From: a virus
Virus record (IMG/VR): IMGVR_UViG_3300024999_001421
DNA: 64,000 nucleotides
Direction: 5' to 3' (one strand)
The notes under the pieces are model-generated. The model searched no databases. It was not told the DNA's origin and saw only the letters and a program-made list of their open reading frames with translations. Position numbers and translations under genes: made by a program. This document shows, in pieces, positions 9,708 through 21,585 of the stretch; the first letter of the stretch is position 1; every line of letters begins with the position of its first letter.

Positions 9708-9967
9708 TTTGACCACCTCCAAAGACAGTATACTACATGGGCTTCCATATGGCAACCCAGCCATTAGACGGATCTGCATTTGCCGGAAATGCTATATATA
9801 GAAGGAAAACGGAAAGTTTTGCTTGAAAATGGGCTTTGGCCGTGGTAAAATGGTAGTGTGGGGGTTTTATACCATGTTGTTTTTACCTACTGTATTGAGT
9901 AGGGATATATCGTTTTCGAGGCACCTGAGAGGGTGCTTTTTGCTTTACATAGAAGGAAGGTGAATTT

Positions 9968-10486
9968 GTGTCTGACAAAGATATTGTTTTACAGGAGTTC
10001 GCCAAAACGGTGAATCGTTTGAAATCAAAGGGCGTTGACTTGACAAATACCTATTATGGTTTCCGCGAGGATATTTCCGAAGAGCAGGATCGCGTTCTCT
10101 GGCAGCCTGAAAAGAAATTCGTAAAAGTTTTTCCTGACGAACTGGCTAATGTTGTAACGATGCTTGACGATGAAGGAAAACGCCTCAGCGGTGCAGAGCT
10201 GGCTATTGTCATGTTGCTCATGGGACATATCAGCTACAACAGCGGAATGTTGACAAAAGGCGGCGGTAACCCGGTTAGTCAATCAGACATTGAAAAGATT
10301 ACCGGGTTTAATAGGATTACCGTTGTTAAGAGCATGGACAGGTTAGTTCGTAAAAAAGTTTTCGCTCGTAACAAGGTAGGCAAAAGTTATCAATACTTCG
10401 CAAATCCGTACATCTTTTTCCGGGGCCGGTTTATAAACGCGACTCTGGTGGATATGTTTAAAACCTACAACGCTAATGATAGTTAG
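9968..10486 (+). CDS. RepL-like replication/maintenance wHTH protein
   Basis: wHTH (SQSDIEKITGFNRITVVKSMDRL) followed by YFANPYIFFRG. Confidence 0.65.
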   Translation: MSDKDIVLQEFAKTVNRLKSKGVDLTNTYYGFREDISEEQDRVLWQPEKKFVKVFPDELANVVTMLDDEGKRLSGAELAIVMLLMGHISYNSGMLTKGGGNPVSQSDIEKITGFNRITVVKSMDRLVRKKVFARNKVGKSYQYFANPYIFFRGRFINATLVDMFKTYNANDS

Positions 10487-10543
10487 TTTGCGGTATCTTA
10501 GAGTTAATAGAGGCATCTAAAGCCTAAAAAGTGTCGCTCATGC

Positions 10544-10629
10544 CTTGTGTTTGCTGGACTACAACCGACTTATAACATGTAGTCTGTAGTATACCTATAG
10601 TGGCATTTCATGTAGTCTGTGGACTACAT
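10544..10629. repeat. Iteron-like repeats downstream of the RepL-like gene
   Basis: CATGTAGTCTGT at 10576 and 10609; TGGACTACA at 10555 and 10620; palindrome ATGTAGTC-TGTG-GACTACAT. Confidence 0.6.
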
Positions 10630-11196
10630 ATCAAAGATACCTCTTAGGCCAATAGCGACAACGACTAGAAGGTGTTTTGAACGCAATAGACTCCTCTTAT
10701 TACTCTAAGATGTTTTGGTAACTATGTTTTAAAGTGTTGGGAGTGCTGAAAAGTGACATTATTTCAAGCCAAAGTTCATTGTGTGAAATGTAATAATGCA
10801 ATGGAAGTAACGCTAACAAAGAAAAGTTATGTAAAATTTGTTTCTAATATATTTCAGTGTTATTTTACGTGCAATGACTGTTTGAGAGAAGCAGGACATA
10901 AATTAGCAAAGAAAAATACGGCATTGATGGAAATGGAAATAGAAATGCCTGATTGATTTTGTAGGTACTAAACCACTTAAAACAATTTTAAGCGGCTGTA
11001 CGAGGCTGTGAGAGGTGAGAAAAGCATGGGATTTGGTTTTCCGACAGGCAAGGACATACTTAAAGTTGTAGTTGTACTTGTTTTTGTGTCAGCATTGGCA
11101 GGTGCAGGAGTTTTGAAGCTGATACAGATTATGTGAGAATTGACCTTTGCCGATGGTGAAGGTGAGTTTTCGTATTATAGGAAGGAAGTGAGTTGA

Positions 11197-11658
11197 ATGC
11201 CAGCAGGAAGACCGACGAAGTACAAGGAAGAATACAACGAACAGGCGTATAAATTGTGCCTGTTGGGAGCAACGGACAAAAGTTTAGCTGATTTCTTTGA
11301 GGTTGACGAAGCTACTGTAAATAGATGGAAGCTGGAATATCCATTATTTTGCGAGTCCTTAAAGAGAGGGAAGGTAATTGCTGACACGGAAATAGCGCAA
11401 AGTCTGTATCAAAGAGCGAAAGGTTACTCACATCCGGAGGACAAAATATTTGTCCATGATGGTCTGCCGGTTATTGTGCCAACAGAAAAGCACTATCCAC
11501 CAGACACGGGCGCAGCCATGGCCTGGCTAAAAAATCGGAAACCTGATTCGTGGTCTGATACACAAAAATTGGAGTTGACAGGCGCGGACGGCGGACCTGT
11601 AGATGTTCGCATAGCTGGTATGTCGGATGCGGAGTTGGAGCAGTTGTTGGAGGACTAA
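11197..11658 (+). CDS. terS: Terminase small subunit
   Basis: GRPTKY N-terminus, HTH, PPDTGAAMAWLKNR motif. Confidence 0.85.
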   Translation: MPAGRPTKYKEEYNEQAYKLCLLGATDKSLADFFEVDEATVNRWKLEYPLFCESLKRGKVIADTEIAQSLYQRAKGYSHPEDKIFVHDGLPVIVPTEKHYPPDTGAAMAWLKNRKPDSWSDTQKLELTGADGGPVDVRIAGMSDAELEQLLED

Positions 11659-12808
11659 TTACCCCGAAAGTCGTTTAGCTATGTACGCGCTGTACCTATT
11701 TACGTTCTCATAATGAGCATTATGTCAACTAGATAAGGCCAAAAGTGCCGTATTTCCTGGGTTTTTTGGATATTCGCTTGGTTGTTGGTTCCATGTCCTG
11801 CACTGGTGGACGTTTTACCGTATCTACCCACCTTCGCAGGCGCAGGGTTGCGACACTGTATTGTACGCACAGAGCGCAGCGCATACGCGAGCAGGGACGC
11901 AAGCGCACGTATTTAGATAGGATATTCGCCAAAAAGAGGGGGTGGGGGTCAAACACCCCCGGTATGGATTGGCGGGACTCCGGCGGCGGGTAACAGTACC
12001 TTATACTATCACCATCCAGACAGTTACGTATTTTACTAAACTCCGAAATGTTATGTAATTAAGTGGAAAAAGGAGATCTGATAATGGAAAGTAAAACCCT
12101 TGATATTGACTGCATCAAAACAGCAAAAGCAAATATCTCTGACATTAAAGTGTTCGGTGATAGAGATACATTTGCCCTGCTCTGTAAGGCTTCTAGCGAG
12201 TCTCAGGGATGGATGAAATCAACTAAGGTATGTAATGTATTTGGTGGTTGTATCGTGCAGGTATCTACCCAACAGAAGAATCCTGACGGAAGTTATGCGG
12301 TTGCTGAGGCACTTACCTTTATTCCCGGTGTGCATATGGACAAGAAGTCTGAACCTAGAAGATTTGTTAGTGCTAGTTTTGTGTACTTGCCACAATATGA
12401 ATAAATTTAACCGAGGACGGTGTAAATAATGACAGAACAAATCAAAGAATCATCAATTGAGGAATATGTAAACGCTTTTATGAATTTAAAGCACGAGACT
12501 CTTTCCAACGCAACCGCCGCTATCGTTAAGAAAACTCAGGAACTATTGGCGGCGGGTGAAATTGACCCCATAGATAGTGACGTTTCGAAAAATCCAGTCG
12601 AAAAAAATATTCCTTTGTGTTCATATTTTACCAGAAGTGTTCCTGCATATTCTCCATTATTGAACTGTGACGGTTCTGGTGAAATTATACTCAAAGACAC
12701 TCGCCCCATATGTCCTGACTGTAAAACCATTATGGTCAAAACTCATATCGAGTTAAGTGATGGTAGTGGTTGGTTTACTGGTTGGGCATGTGATTGTAAA
12801 TATGAGGA

Positions 12809-13228
12809 ATGTTTATGAACGAACCAATTTTAGGTAAAGCAGAACCGCATGGATATGATCATAAACCTATTACTTGGAGTGACTTTTTGAAACTGAGAGA
12901 ATTTGCTCAGAAAGCAGCGGATGATTTTGGCTATCCTGTTTATCTGGTTGGTTCAGTTCTATATAAAGAAATTCCAAGGGATATAGATATATCGGTAATA
13001 ATGCCACTTGACAAATATGAAGAAATGTTCAAAAAACTACCTATAAAGCAGGAGTATTACGGTGCTTATTTAGGCAGAGTATTTCATAGATCATATGAAA
13101 AAGTGCATAAACACTTACAGTTTTGTATTGACTACCATTTAGATATTAAAGTGTGTCCTGATACGTGGTGGTCGGAAAAGCCAAAAATGTTGTTGGCAGA
13201 ACCAAGAAGTAAATTAGATGGTGAATGA
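12809..13228 (+). CDS. Minimal nucleotidyltransferase-like protein (Pol beta fold)
   Basis: VYLVGS...RDIDI and LDIK motifs. Confidence 0.55.
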   Translation: MFMNEPILGKAEPHGYDHKPITWSDFLKLREFAQKAADDFGYPVYLVGSVLYKEIPRDIDISVIMPLDKYEEMFKKLPIKQEYYGAYLGRVFHRSYEKVHKHLQFCIDYHLDIKVCPDTWWSEKPKMLLAEPRSKLDGE

Positions 13229-13832
13229 GATGAATAATATTAAGCGCATATTTCCCGGCCCCGTCAATGGACTAATCAATTGGATGGAAGAAAACTTTGA
13301 CAGTATAGACGAGTTTATTGTTACCTTTCATCTTAAAGACGGCACTACAATGACTGTCTATGATGTTTATAGTTACTTTAATGCGCTAGCAATAACTGAG
13401 ATAAGTAAGGATACTATCCATAAATTGTCTCACGATAATGAATTGATACTGAAAACTAAATGAGAACATGGAGGAATTGAAATGAATTTTCCGCAGAATA
13501 ATGAATTAAAAAGTTATAGTAATATATCTACACCGATGAATGAACCTGTATGCGCTAGGGAGTTAACCCCACTAGAAAGCACATTGGAGGCAATAACCCA
13601 ATCTGTGTATGAAAACAGCAATGTTATCTCTATACTCGAAGGAGTTGTGCGGCAACCATATCCTGTATCATGCGAAAGTGGTTCAAAGAATAACGATGTT
13701 ACATTGTATGAAAAACTATACACTTTGGCCGGAATTATGGTAGACAATAACAAGGCATTATGGGATCTATCCGACAGACTTAAAAAAGAAATCGGCGACA
13801 TTAAACTAATCTAGTCACAATAAGGTGATCTT

Positions 13833-15431
13833 ATGACTGACCAACAGAAGGAAAAGAAAAAACTATCCGCTCAGAAGTTAAGGGAAAAAGCGGCAGCGAA
13901 AGTTGAATTAGAATATCGTAAATCCTCTAAGAGTGTAGAGTATTTCATAGATAAATACGCTTATATTGAGGATAGAGATGTTCCTGACCTAGTTGCTAAA
14001 CTTAATTTATGGGACGGTCAGAAGGAAGCGTTAAGGAAGATTATTGACAGTAAGTTGTCGATTATTCTTAAAGCTAGGCAGTTAGGTTTTACTTGGCTAT
14101 CTCTTATTTACGGATTGCACGGGGTTATATTTAGACCTGGATATTCTGTTGTTGCTCTATCTAAGAGGGAAGAAGATGCTAAGGAACTTATTAGGCGTAT
14201 ATGCTTTATTCTTAGGTACCTACCTTCATGGATGATTCGTCACGTTAAGGGTACTCCTAAGCAATACCCTAACCCTACATGGGATTCAACAGTATTGTCG
14301 GTTACTATCTACCATAAGGGCAAGGAACCTGCTGTTTTTAACGCTATGTCTGCTGGTCCTGACAGTGGACGTTCTTTCACGGCAAACCTCGTAATACTCG
14401 ACGAATGGGCGTTTCAGATGTTCGCTAGAGATATTTGGTCTGCTGCTTACCCGACTATTAATCGTCCTACTGGTGGGCAGGTTATTGGGTTGTCTACCGC
14501 TAAAAAAGGTACCTTATTTGAGGAAATATTTTGGAAGGCGTACAACGGTGAAAATACGTTTACGCCTATATTTATGCCTTGGAGTACCGACCCTAGACGT
14601 ACCCAGGAGTGGTATGAGCAGGTTAAAAAAGACTTACCTCATAGTTATATGGCAGAGTATCCAGCGACTCCAGAAGAGGCGTTTACTGCCGGTGAAGGGC
14701 AGTTCTTTAAAGAGTTTCGTCGTGATGTGCATGTCGTTAAACCGTTTAAGATACCGTCCTGGTGGAAACGGTTCTGCTCTTTAGACTATGGACTTGATAT
14801 GTGTTCTTGTCACTGGTGGGCAGTATCACCAGAAGGGATTATGTATGCTTATCGTGAGTTATATCAACCAAACTTAACACTTAGTCAGGCGGCGAAAAAG
14901 ATTATCTCCATGACACCCAAAGACGAGAAAATAAGTTATACGGTTGCTTCTCCTGACTTATGGAATAGACGGCAAGAGACAGGGACAAGCGGCAGGGAGA
15001 TAATGAACCGTGCCGGGCTAAATAACCTGAGAAAAGCAAAGCATGAGCGTAAGGCAGGGTGGAGGGCGGTAAGAGAGTATCTGTTAGCTAGGGAAGAAAA
15101 GCAGGATATTATGACAGATGAAGGTATTAAGACGGAGACTATTTTTACTGCTAAACTAAAAATATTTGATACCTGTAAAAATATGATACGTTGCTTGCCG
15201 TTACTTGAACATGATAAAAACGACTCTGAGGATGCGGCAGATACTCCACACGAGGTCACGCACAGCAACGAAAGTTTACGCTATTGCGTAATGTCAAGAC
15301 CTCCCATTTCTAAGGATGAAAAGTTTAACTTTCCCGATGATATGTCGTTATCTGAGCAGTCAGCAGTTTTAAATAACATTGCGTTTGAGAAAGAATACGA
15401 GAAGTTACAGGAACATATTGTAGGTTTTTAA
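13833..15431 (+). CDS. terL: Terminase large subunit
   Basis: KARQLG Walker A, VILDE Walker B, LDYG nuclease motif. Confidence 0.95.
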   Translation: MTDQQKEKKKLSAQKLREKAAAKVELEYRKSSKSVEYFIDKYAYIEDRDVPDLVAKLNLWDGQKEALRKIIDSKLSIILKARQLGFTWLSLIYGLHGVIFRPGYSVVALSKREEDAKELIRRICFILRYLPSWMIRHVKGTPKQYPNPTWDSTVLSVTIYHKGKEPAVFNAMSAGPDSGRSFTANLVILDEWAFQMFARDIWSAAYPTINRPTGGQVIGLSTAKKGTLFEEIFWKAYNGENTFTPIFMPWSTDPRRTQEWYEQVKKDLPHSYMAEYPATPEEAFTAGEGQFFKEFRRDVHVVKPFKIPSWWKRFCSLDYGLDMCSCHWWAVSPEGIMYAYRELYQPNLTLSQAAKKIISMTPKDEKISYTVASPDLWNRRQETGTSGREIMNRAGLNNLRKAKHERKAGWRAVREYLLAREEKQDIMTDEGIKTETIFTAKLKIFDTCKNMIRCLPLLEHDKNDSEDAADTPHEVTHSNESLRYCVMSRPPISKDEKFNFPDDMSLSEQSAVLNNIAFEKEYEKLQEHIVGF

Positions 15432-15606
15432 GGGAGGGACATATGTGTTCAGTAAATTAATGTGGTATGCAAAACAGATTTTACCTCTTAAATACAAAAC
15501 AGTATATAAAGAAAACGATGTATGGCACTTTACCGAATGGAGAATGTTTTTCGGAAGGTGCTTTTTTATTAACGATATTAAGTTAGATTTTTAAGGGTGT
15601 GAACAA

Positions 15607-17721
15607 ATGGACTGGAAAAAACCATTTCGTGCGTTAAAAAAGAAGGTGAGAGAAATAGTAGCACCTGCTGTAGAATACGATCAAGAGACCCTTGATTTGC
15701 TGAAATACTGGCAAGATCAGTTCGAGATTGACCGTCAAACGAAGAAAAAGTACGATCTTCTTATGGATTCGTGGGAAAATATGTATAACGGTAATCGCGA
15801 ATTCGAGAACGTCAACAATAGGCAAGATAAGGAAGCGAGAACAGTTGTTAACTTCCCTCGCCTAATTATAGAAGCGTTAATTGACATGACTATTCCTGAC
15901 CATGACTTTAAACCTGTTACCGCTGCCGATGAAGTGCCGGTTAATGCTTTAAAAAGTTACGTCGGTTATGTGCTGAGAAGTTCTTCACCTTCACTTGAAG
16001 AAATGAATATGTCAGACGAGCGCAGAGTAAGTAAACTTGGCGGTACATTCAAAAAGGTTCACTGGAATAACAACATTAAACGTGCTGGATATGTCGGTGA
16101 GATTGAGATTAGCAACCCTCACCCGAAGGATATTATACCTAACAAATCATCTATTAACTTCGGCGACGACATGGAGCATTATCATCATCCGGTTAACCGT
16201 ACACAAAAGTATATTCTTCGCAAATGGAAGGATATAACGAGTGACATGCTGGAAGAAAAGGCAATTCTGTATGCCGAGTATGACGAGATATTGGGCGACC
16301 AAAGAATAACTACCGTTACCGACACTACCGGAGTTTCTAAGGATACGGGACTTGGCAAGTATACAATTATTGAGACTACCTACCGCGACGATGACGGAGA
16401 TATTTGTAAGTTGTGGTGGTCCGGTGATTTACTGATTAAGCACCTGCCGAAGTTCTTTTATCGTAGGGACGAGGAAACAGGCGAACCCTATATGACTGAA
16501 ACTATTGAAGCAGGATCTATGTTGAGAAAGAGTATAGACGAGCAAGGTAATCCTATCTACTCGAAAATAGACAGCGATATTGAAGCAGAACACTACATAC
16601 CTACTTGCTGGGATATAGTCTACCAACCGTTTATTATGCGTGATAAATGTTGTTGGGGTATATCTATTATGGAAGATGTTTGGGACTTGCAGGAGAGTAT
16701 TAAGAAAGCAGTGCATATGTATGAAGAATCTTTCCTTCGTGGTAGGAAGAAGATTTTAACCGATTCTCTTGAAGTGCAAAGAAAACTTATGGACCCAACA
16801 TCAGAGATAATCCATGTTAATGATCCGAATTCTGTCAAGGAAGTTGATTTAAGTACCAATATTGACGGTATTCAATTGGTTGATAAATTCAAAGAATGGA
16901 TGCAACTTATTACCGGCGTAACCGATGCTTCATTAGGAGTTCATCAACCAGGAGTAACTTCCGGAGATCAAGCGCAGGCATATATCAGTCAGTCAAGTAA
17001 TAAATTAGCGATTAAGTCTGCCTATAAGTCAACCTCATACAAGACTCTTTACCGCACTATTGCCGAGTTTGCATTGGCGTTCTGTGATGATGATAGACCT
17101 TTTCGTATTACAGGAGAGAAGGGCGAGAATAAATACGGTCAGTTTAACCGCTTGTCTATGCTTCGTGACGTTAACGGTGACTTAATTTATCCAGACTTCG
17201 ATATTGAGATTAGTGCAGAAGTCGGATTCATGAAGAATAAGTCGGAAATGATGAATTCTATCGTGTCTCTTGCAGGGCAGGGACGTTTTGAACCTACTCC
17301 TGGAAATATGCTGATACTGAAAATTCTTGATAAAATCGGTGTTCCGCACCTTAAGGAAGTTATTGGGCAAATGGAGCAGGATATACAGCAGGCACAGGAG
17401 ATGCAGGCAAAGCAGGAAGAGCAGGCGAAGCAGATACAGGAACAGCAACTACAGCAGAGTACCGATATGATGCTTGCTAAACAGCAGCATGAGAAAGAAC
17501 TTGCTGTTACGAAACAGCAGGGAGAACTAAACCGCCAGCAGCAATCGCACGACCTTGAAAGTAGTAAAGAGGCTATGAGCGGCGAGTTGCAACAGGGCGC
17601 AGTTATGAGTTTTGTGGACAAGTTAAATCAGATTAAAGAGAACGATCCTGATACCTTTGTTCAAATCATGCAACTACCGGCAGAACAGCAGGTGCAGGCG
17701 GTAATGAGTATGGTAGGTTAG
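15607..17721 (+). CDS. Portal protein (P22-like, Q-rich C-terminal coil)
   Basis: Follows terL; 704 aa; ITGVTDASLG...TSG motif. Confidence 0.85.
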   Translation: MDWKKPFRALKKKVREIVAPAVEYDQETLDLLKYWQDQFEIDRQTKKKYDLLMDSWENMYNGNREFENVNNRQDKEARTVVNFPRLIIEALIDMTIPDHDFKPVTAADEVPVNALKSYVGYVLRSSSPSLEEMNMSDERRVSKLGGTFKKVHWNNNIKRAGYVGEIEISNPHPKDIIPNKSSINFGDDMEHYHHPVNRTQKYILRKWKDITSDMLEEKAILYAEYDEILGDQRITTVTDTTGVSKDTGLGKYTIIETTYRDDDGDICKLWWSGDLLIKHLPKFFYRRDEETGEPYMTETIEAGSMLRKSIDEQGNPIYSKIDSDIEAEHYIPTCWDIVYQPFIMRDKCCWGISIMEDVWDLQESIKKAVHMYEESFLRGRKKILTDSLEVQRKLMDPTSEIIHVNDPNSVKEVDLSTNIDGIQLVDKFKEWMQLITGVTDASLGVHQPGVTSGDQAQAYISQSSNKLAIKSAYKSTSYKTLYRTIAEFALAFCDDDRPFRITGEKGENKYGQFNRLSMLRDVNGDLIYPDFDIEISAEVGFMKNKSEMMNSIVSLAGQGRFEPTPGNMLILKILDKIGVPHLKEVIGQMEQDIQQAQEMQAKQEEQAKQIQEQQLQQSTDMMLAKQQHEKELAVTKQQGELNRQQQSHDLESSKEAMSGELQQGAVMSFVDKLNQIKENDPDTFVQIMQLPAEQQVQAVMSMVG

Positions 17722-19240
17722 TAACGGAGAACCGGGGAGGATAAGCAATGTTTTTCAAGAAAAAAGACATGGATGTTGTTAAGTGCAGTAATTGTGACCA
17801 GAAAATAGGTAATGGAGGTAATGGAAAAGAGTTTATTGTCGGAGGTTATGGTAAAATATCTTCTAAATTTCCGATAAAACTTGAAATGTGCTACCGCGTT
17901 TTCTGTAAAAAATGTTGGTCACATAACATCGTGCCTGTCTATGCTATTGAGGTAAAGAACGGTTCCGAAATGACCACAATTAAAGAGGCATTGCATATTT
18001 GCGGACTTCCCTTAAATTATCAAAGTTTGAGGAATTTAAGATATTCCATAAGTCCAGCAATTGAAGTAGTTGAAATGAAACTAATTAAAGATATTACTGT
18101 TTATTTCAGCAATAAATACTACATGGAAGGGGACGGAAATGCAGTTATCTTAAATGTTGTTATTGATGATAGCAAGGATATGTTTTTTAGTGACAGGATA
18201 GTTATACCGCAGGACAATGTTATATGCTCTTATGTAATACCTGATTTTATAACAAATAACGGATAACCGGAGGTAAGCAATGCTAACTAACAAAGAAAAG
18301 AAAGTAATCGACAAAATGAAGTCTACTCCTTGGGGAACTATCATCGTCAAGATGAAGGGCGGTAAACCTGTTATGCTGAGTGTGACTGAGGATATTAAAC
18401 TTGATTAGGAGGCGACAACTATGGCAGGTTGTAAGGTCAAGGGCAAAGGTATGAAGGGTATGCCTAAGTCCGACAAGAAAGAAATGGGCATGGGTAAGGG
18501 TTACGGTAAAAAGATGAAATAATAGCCGAGGACGGTGAGATATATTGAATGATAATGCTAATTGGGATAATAATACTGTTGCTAAGCTAAATCCTGATAA
18601 TCTAAAAAGTTTTTTAGATAGTGTGATTGATGGTTCTAGTTTTAGAAAATACGAAGAAGAAACAAGGGAAAGAATAAATAAGTCCTTTGATTTTTACAAT
18701 TGGTTGAAGGATAACTGTAATGACGAAATAATTGTCTCGATAGGAGGAAGTAGTATTGGTGTTCCAATGCTTCCTCCGTTTATGTATGACAAAATAAAAC
18801 CTTGGATTGACAGGTACGAGCAGGAAAAAGTAACTAAATAACCAATCCTTAGTAGGAAAACCACAGGGATAGTGTACGAGAGAGTGCTTAACCGCATTGT
18901 CTCATGCACTATCCCTATTTTTATTGCCTAAATTCAGGAAAGGAGGTGTTAGACGTGGCTAAAAATCTCGACAAAGCTATGCCTTGTAGCGGTACTTTTA
19001 CTTATGGAAATACTGGCAGTCGGCAAGCAGATGTTACCCGTGTCATAAAAGGCGGCGATCTGCGTTCACGCCCCGGCAAAAACAACGGTGCTGTTAAATA
19101 GTTAAGGCAGGGTAAAACCTGCTTTTTCTATTATCCTACATAACATTGTTCCGCTTTAGGGTGGCAGTTGGGAATAGACAACAGACACGCCGGAAAGACG
19201 GTGAATATATCGCTGACGAGCGTAAACGTGGGGTGTAAAT

Positions 19241-20071
19241 ATGGAAGATCAAGTATTAGAAACAGGAACAGAGGAAGTCGTTTCACCTCAAACAGACATT
19301 GACACTAACGATCAAACCGATACCGGGGACGTAACCGGCACTCAACAAATGAGTGATGCTGAAGTCGTTGAACAGCAGAAGCAGAAACAAACACAGGAAC
19401 AAAACAGGGCATTTGCTCAAATGCGCAGAGAAGCACAAGAGGCTAAGCGCAAGGCAGATGAACTTGAACAGTGGAAACGTGACTTTGAGCAGAAGAATAA
19501 CGCACAGCAACAGAGACAGTTGCAGGCAGATATGGATGCTCAGAGGGAAAAACTTGCCGCAGAGTTAGAAGAACAGGGATTTCCTGTTAGTCAAATTAAC
19601 AAATATCTGAAAATGGACCCTGCTTTTCAGCAGATGCAGGCAGAGCTAAACGCCAATAAGCAGCAGTTAGAGCAAGAAAGACACCTGAGAAATAGGCAGG
19701 AGGCAGAACAGCAGATTGTGAAGGACCATGCCTATTTAAAGGGTAAGTACGGTGACATTGTTCCCGACTTGAATAATCTTGACCAAGCAACCGTTGATAT
19801 GCTGTATAGCGGTATGCCGCTTAAATCAGCATGGTTGACTGCTAACGAGGATGCTATTGCCGAGGCGTTGCAGAAAAAAGCGGCGCATAAGGCGATTAAG
19901 CAGGTGGGCAGTAAGGCGCACTTGGGTACTGAGAAATCTAATGATAGTACGGATTTGGGTACTCAAGTTAGTTTGAGCGCGGAGCAGATGAAAACCTGGA
20001 AGTCAATGTTTCCTGGCGAAACAGAGGCACAACTTAAAAAACGTGCCGCAAAATACGTTAAGAAGAAATAG
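19241..20071 (+). CDS. Capsid scaffolding protein
   Basis: Acidic N-terminus and coiled coil; lies between portal and capsid. Confidence 0.7.
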   Translation: MEDQVLETGTEEVVSPQTDIDTNDQTDTGDVTGTQQMSDAEVVEQQKQKQTQEQNRAFAQMRREAQEAKRKADELEQWKRDFEQKNNAQQQRQLQADMDAQREKLAAELEEQGFPVSQINKYLKMDPAFQQMQAELNANKQQLEQERHLRNRQEAEQQIVKDHAYLKGKYGDIVPDLNNLDQATVDMLYSGMPLKSAWLTANEDAIAEALQKKAAHKAIKQVGSKAHLGTEKSNDSTDLGTQVSLSAEQMKTWKSMFPGETEAQLKKRAAKYVKKK

Positions 20072-20081
20072 GGGGTTTATC

Positions 20082-20507
20082 ATGGCATTAAGAATTATTG
20101 GGAGCATTTTGACTGGTGCTTCGAGGGATAAGTTTATTGATAACATCTATATGACCGATTCGGAGGCGGCAGTAGCGGGGCGTGGTTATTATCTTGCCTC
20201 AGGTAGATGGACTAAATCCGCAACAACCGCAGCAATTGAGGCAATTTGCGTTAAGGCGGCAGATGCCGGTACCGATGTATTGCCGATTATGGCGGTCGTT
20301 AAGACTGGTGACATTATTGAGGCAGATTACACAGGAACCGCAGATGCAGCATTTTTGCCAGGTCTTACTGTAGCAATTTTGGATTCTAATGGAGACAATG
20401 TGGATGCCGCAACCGTTACTGGTGGTCATGCGGTCATCTTGGAAAAGGATACCGTTGGACTGAAAGTAAAGATGATTGTCAAAAAGAATTTCACTGAGGC
20501 CAGCTAA
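20082..20507 (+). CDS. Putative capsid decoration/cement protein
   Basis: Small Ala/Gly/Thr-rich protein directly before the capsid gene. Confidence 0.5.
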   Translation: MALRIIGSILTGASRDKFIDNIYMTDSEAAVAGRGYYLASGRWTKSATTAAIEAICVKAADAGTDVLPIMAVVKTGDIIEADYTGTADAAFLPGLTVAILDSNGDNVDAATVTGGHAVILEKDTVGLKVKMIVKKNFTEAS

Positions 20508-20549
20508 TTAGTTGGTCTTTTTATTTTGTAAATTGAGAGGAGATATGAA

Positions 20550-21521
20550 ATGGCAGTTTTAATTCAAGAAAGCGGAGATTTTGAACAGTTAGTTGGGAAA
20601 TATGAACATGCGCTCTTGGAATTTTGGCAGGACGGTTTTACCGATGCTATTCAAGATAGTATGATTGACGAGTTGTATACTCCTGAGCAATCAGATAACC
20701 CCACTGAGGCAATCGGTGAGATGGTTGGGGCGATTGACTACAGTAAGTGGAACGGTGAATTCACTTATGGCACCATGAAACAAGGCGATACGAAGATCTG
20801 GACCCCAATCGTGTGGCAGGCGGGCATGGAGTATGACAGATTCTTACTGTCTAATGCTAAACTTATTAATTTAAAGGATGATTTTTCCGGTTTCTCTATT
20901 GGCGCAGCAAGACACCGCGAAGCGTGCGCATCCGGTTTACTTACTTATGCCGACCAGACAAGTTTTATGGTTAACGGAACTCCTGTTAACTGGACTTTGA
21001 CAGCCAATGGGTTGCCGCTTGCTTCAAACGCTCAGACTTCTGCTAACTATGGAAGCACTCAGGATAACTTAGAGGCCCTAGAACTCAACGACGAGAATCT
21101 CGAAATTTTATGTCAAAAAATGTTTGATGTTAAGGACAGTTCGGGCAAGGACGCAAATCTTCAACCTGATACTTTAATTGTGCCTACAGCCCTTCGCAAG
21201 AAAGGTTTGGAATTAATCGGCGGTGAAGGTAAAGTAGATTCTTCCGACAACAACCCGAACATTTACAACGGTTCGATGAAATTGATTGTCTATAAGCAAT
21301 TCCGTCGTCAAGCAGGAAAGACCGGTCAACCATGGTGTGTTATGGACTCTAAGATGGCTAAAAAATCCATGAAGTGGATTAATCGCCTAGAATCTGGGGA
21401 TAAATACGATATTATCTCTTGGAAGAATATGGAGAATCAGGTCTGGAAAGTAGGTTCCATAATGTGGTATTCTTGTGGCAGTAAGTCGTGGAGGCCTTTC
21501 CAATTCAGTATTCCTGTGTAA
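20550..21521 (+). CDS. Major capsid protein
   Basis: 323 aa; PDTLIVPTAL motif; position after scaffold. Confidence 0.85.
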   Translation: MAVLIQESGDFEQLVGKYEHALLEFWQDGFTDAIQDSMIDELYTPEQSDNPTEAIGEMVGAIDYSKWNGEFTYGTMKQGDTKIWTPIVWQAGMEYDRFLLSNAKLINLKDDFSGFSIGAARHREACASGLLTYADQTSFMVNGTPVNWTLTANGLPLASNAQTSANYGSTQDNLEALELNDENLEILCQKMFDVKDSSGKDANLQPDTLIVPTALRKKGLELIGGEGKVDSSDNNPNIYNGSMKLIVYKQFRRQAGKTGQPWCVMDSKMAKKSMKWINRLESGDKYDIISWKNMENQVWKVGSIMWYSCGSKSWRPFQFSIPV

Positions 21522-21585
21522 TGTGAAATATTTATATTGAAATGTACTCCGATATGTGATATAATAAATAAAACACATATCGGAG

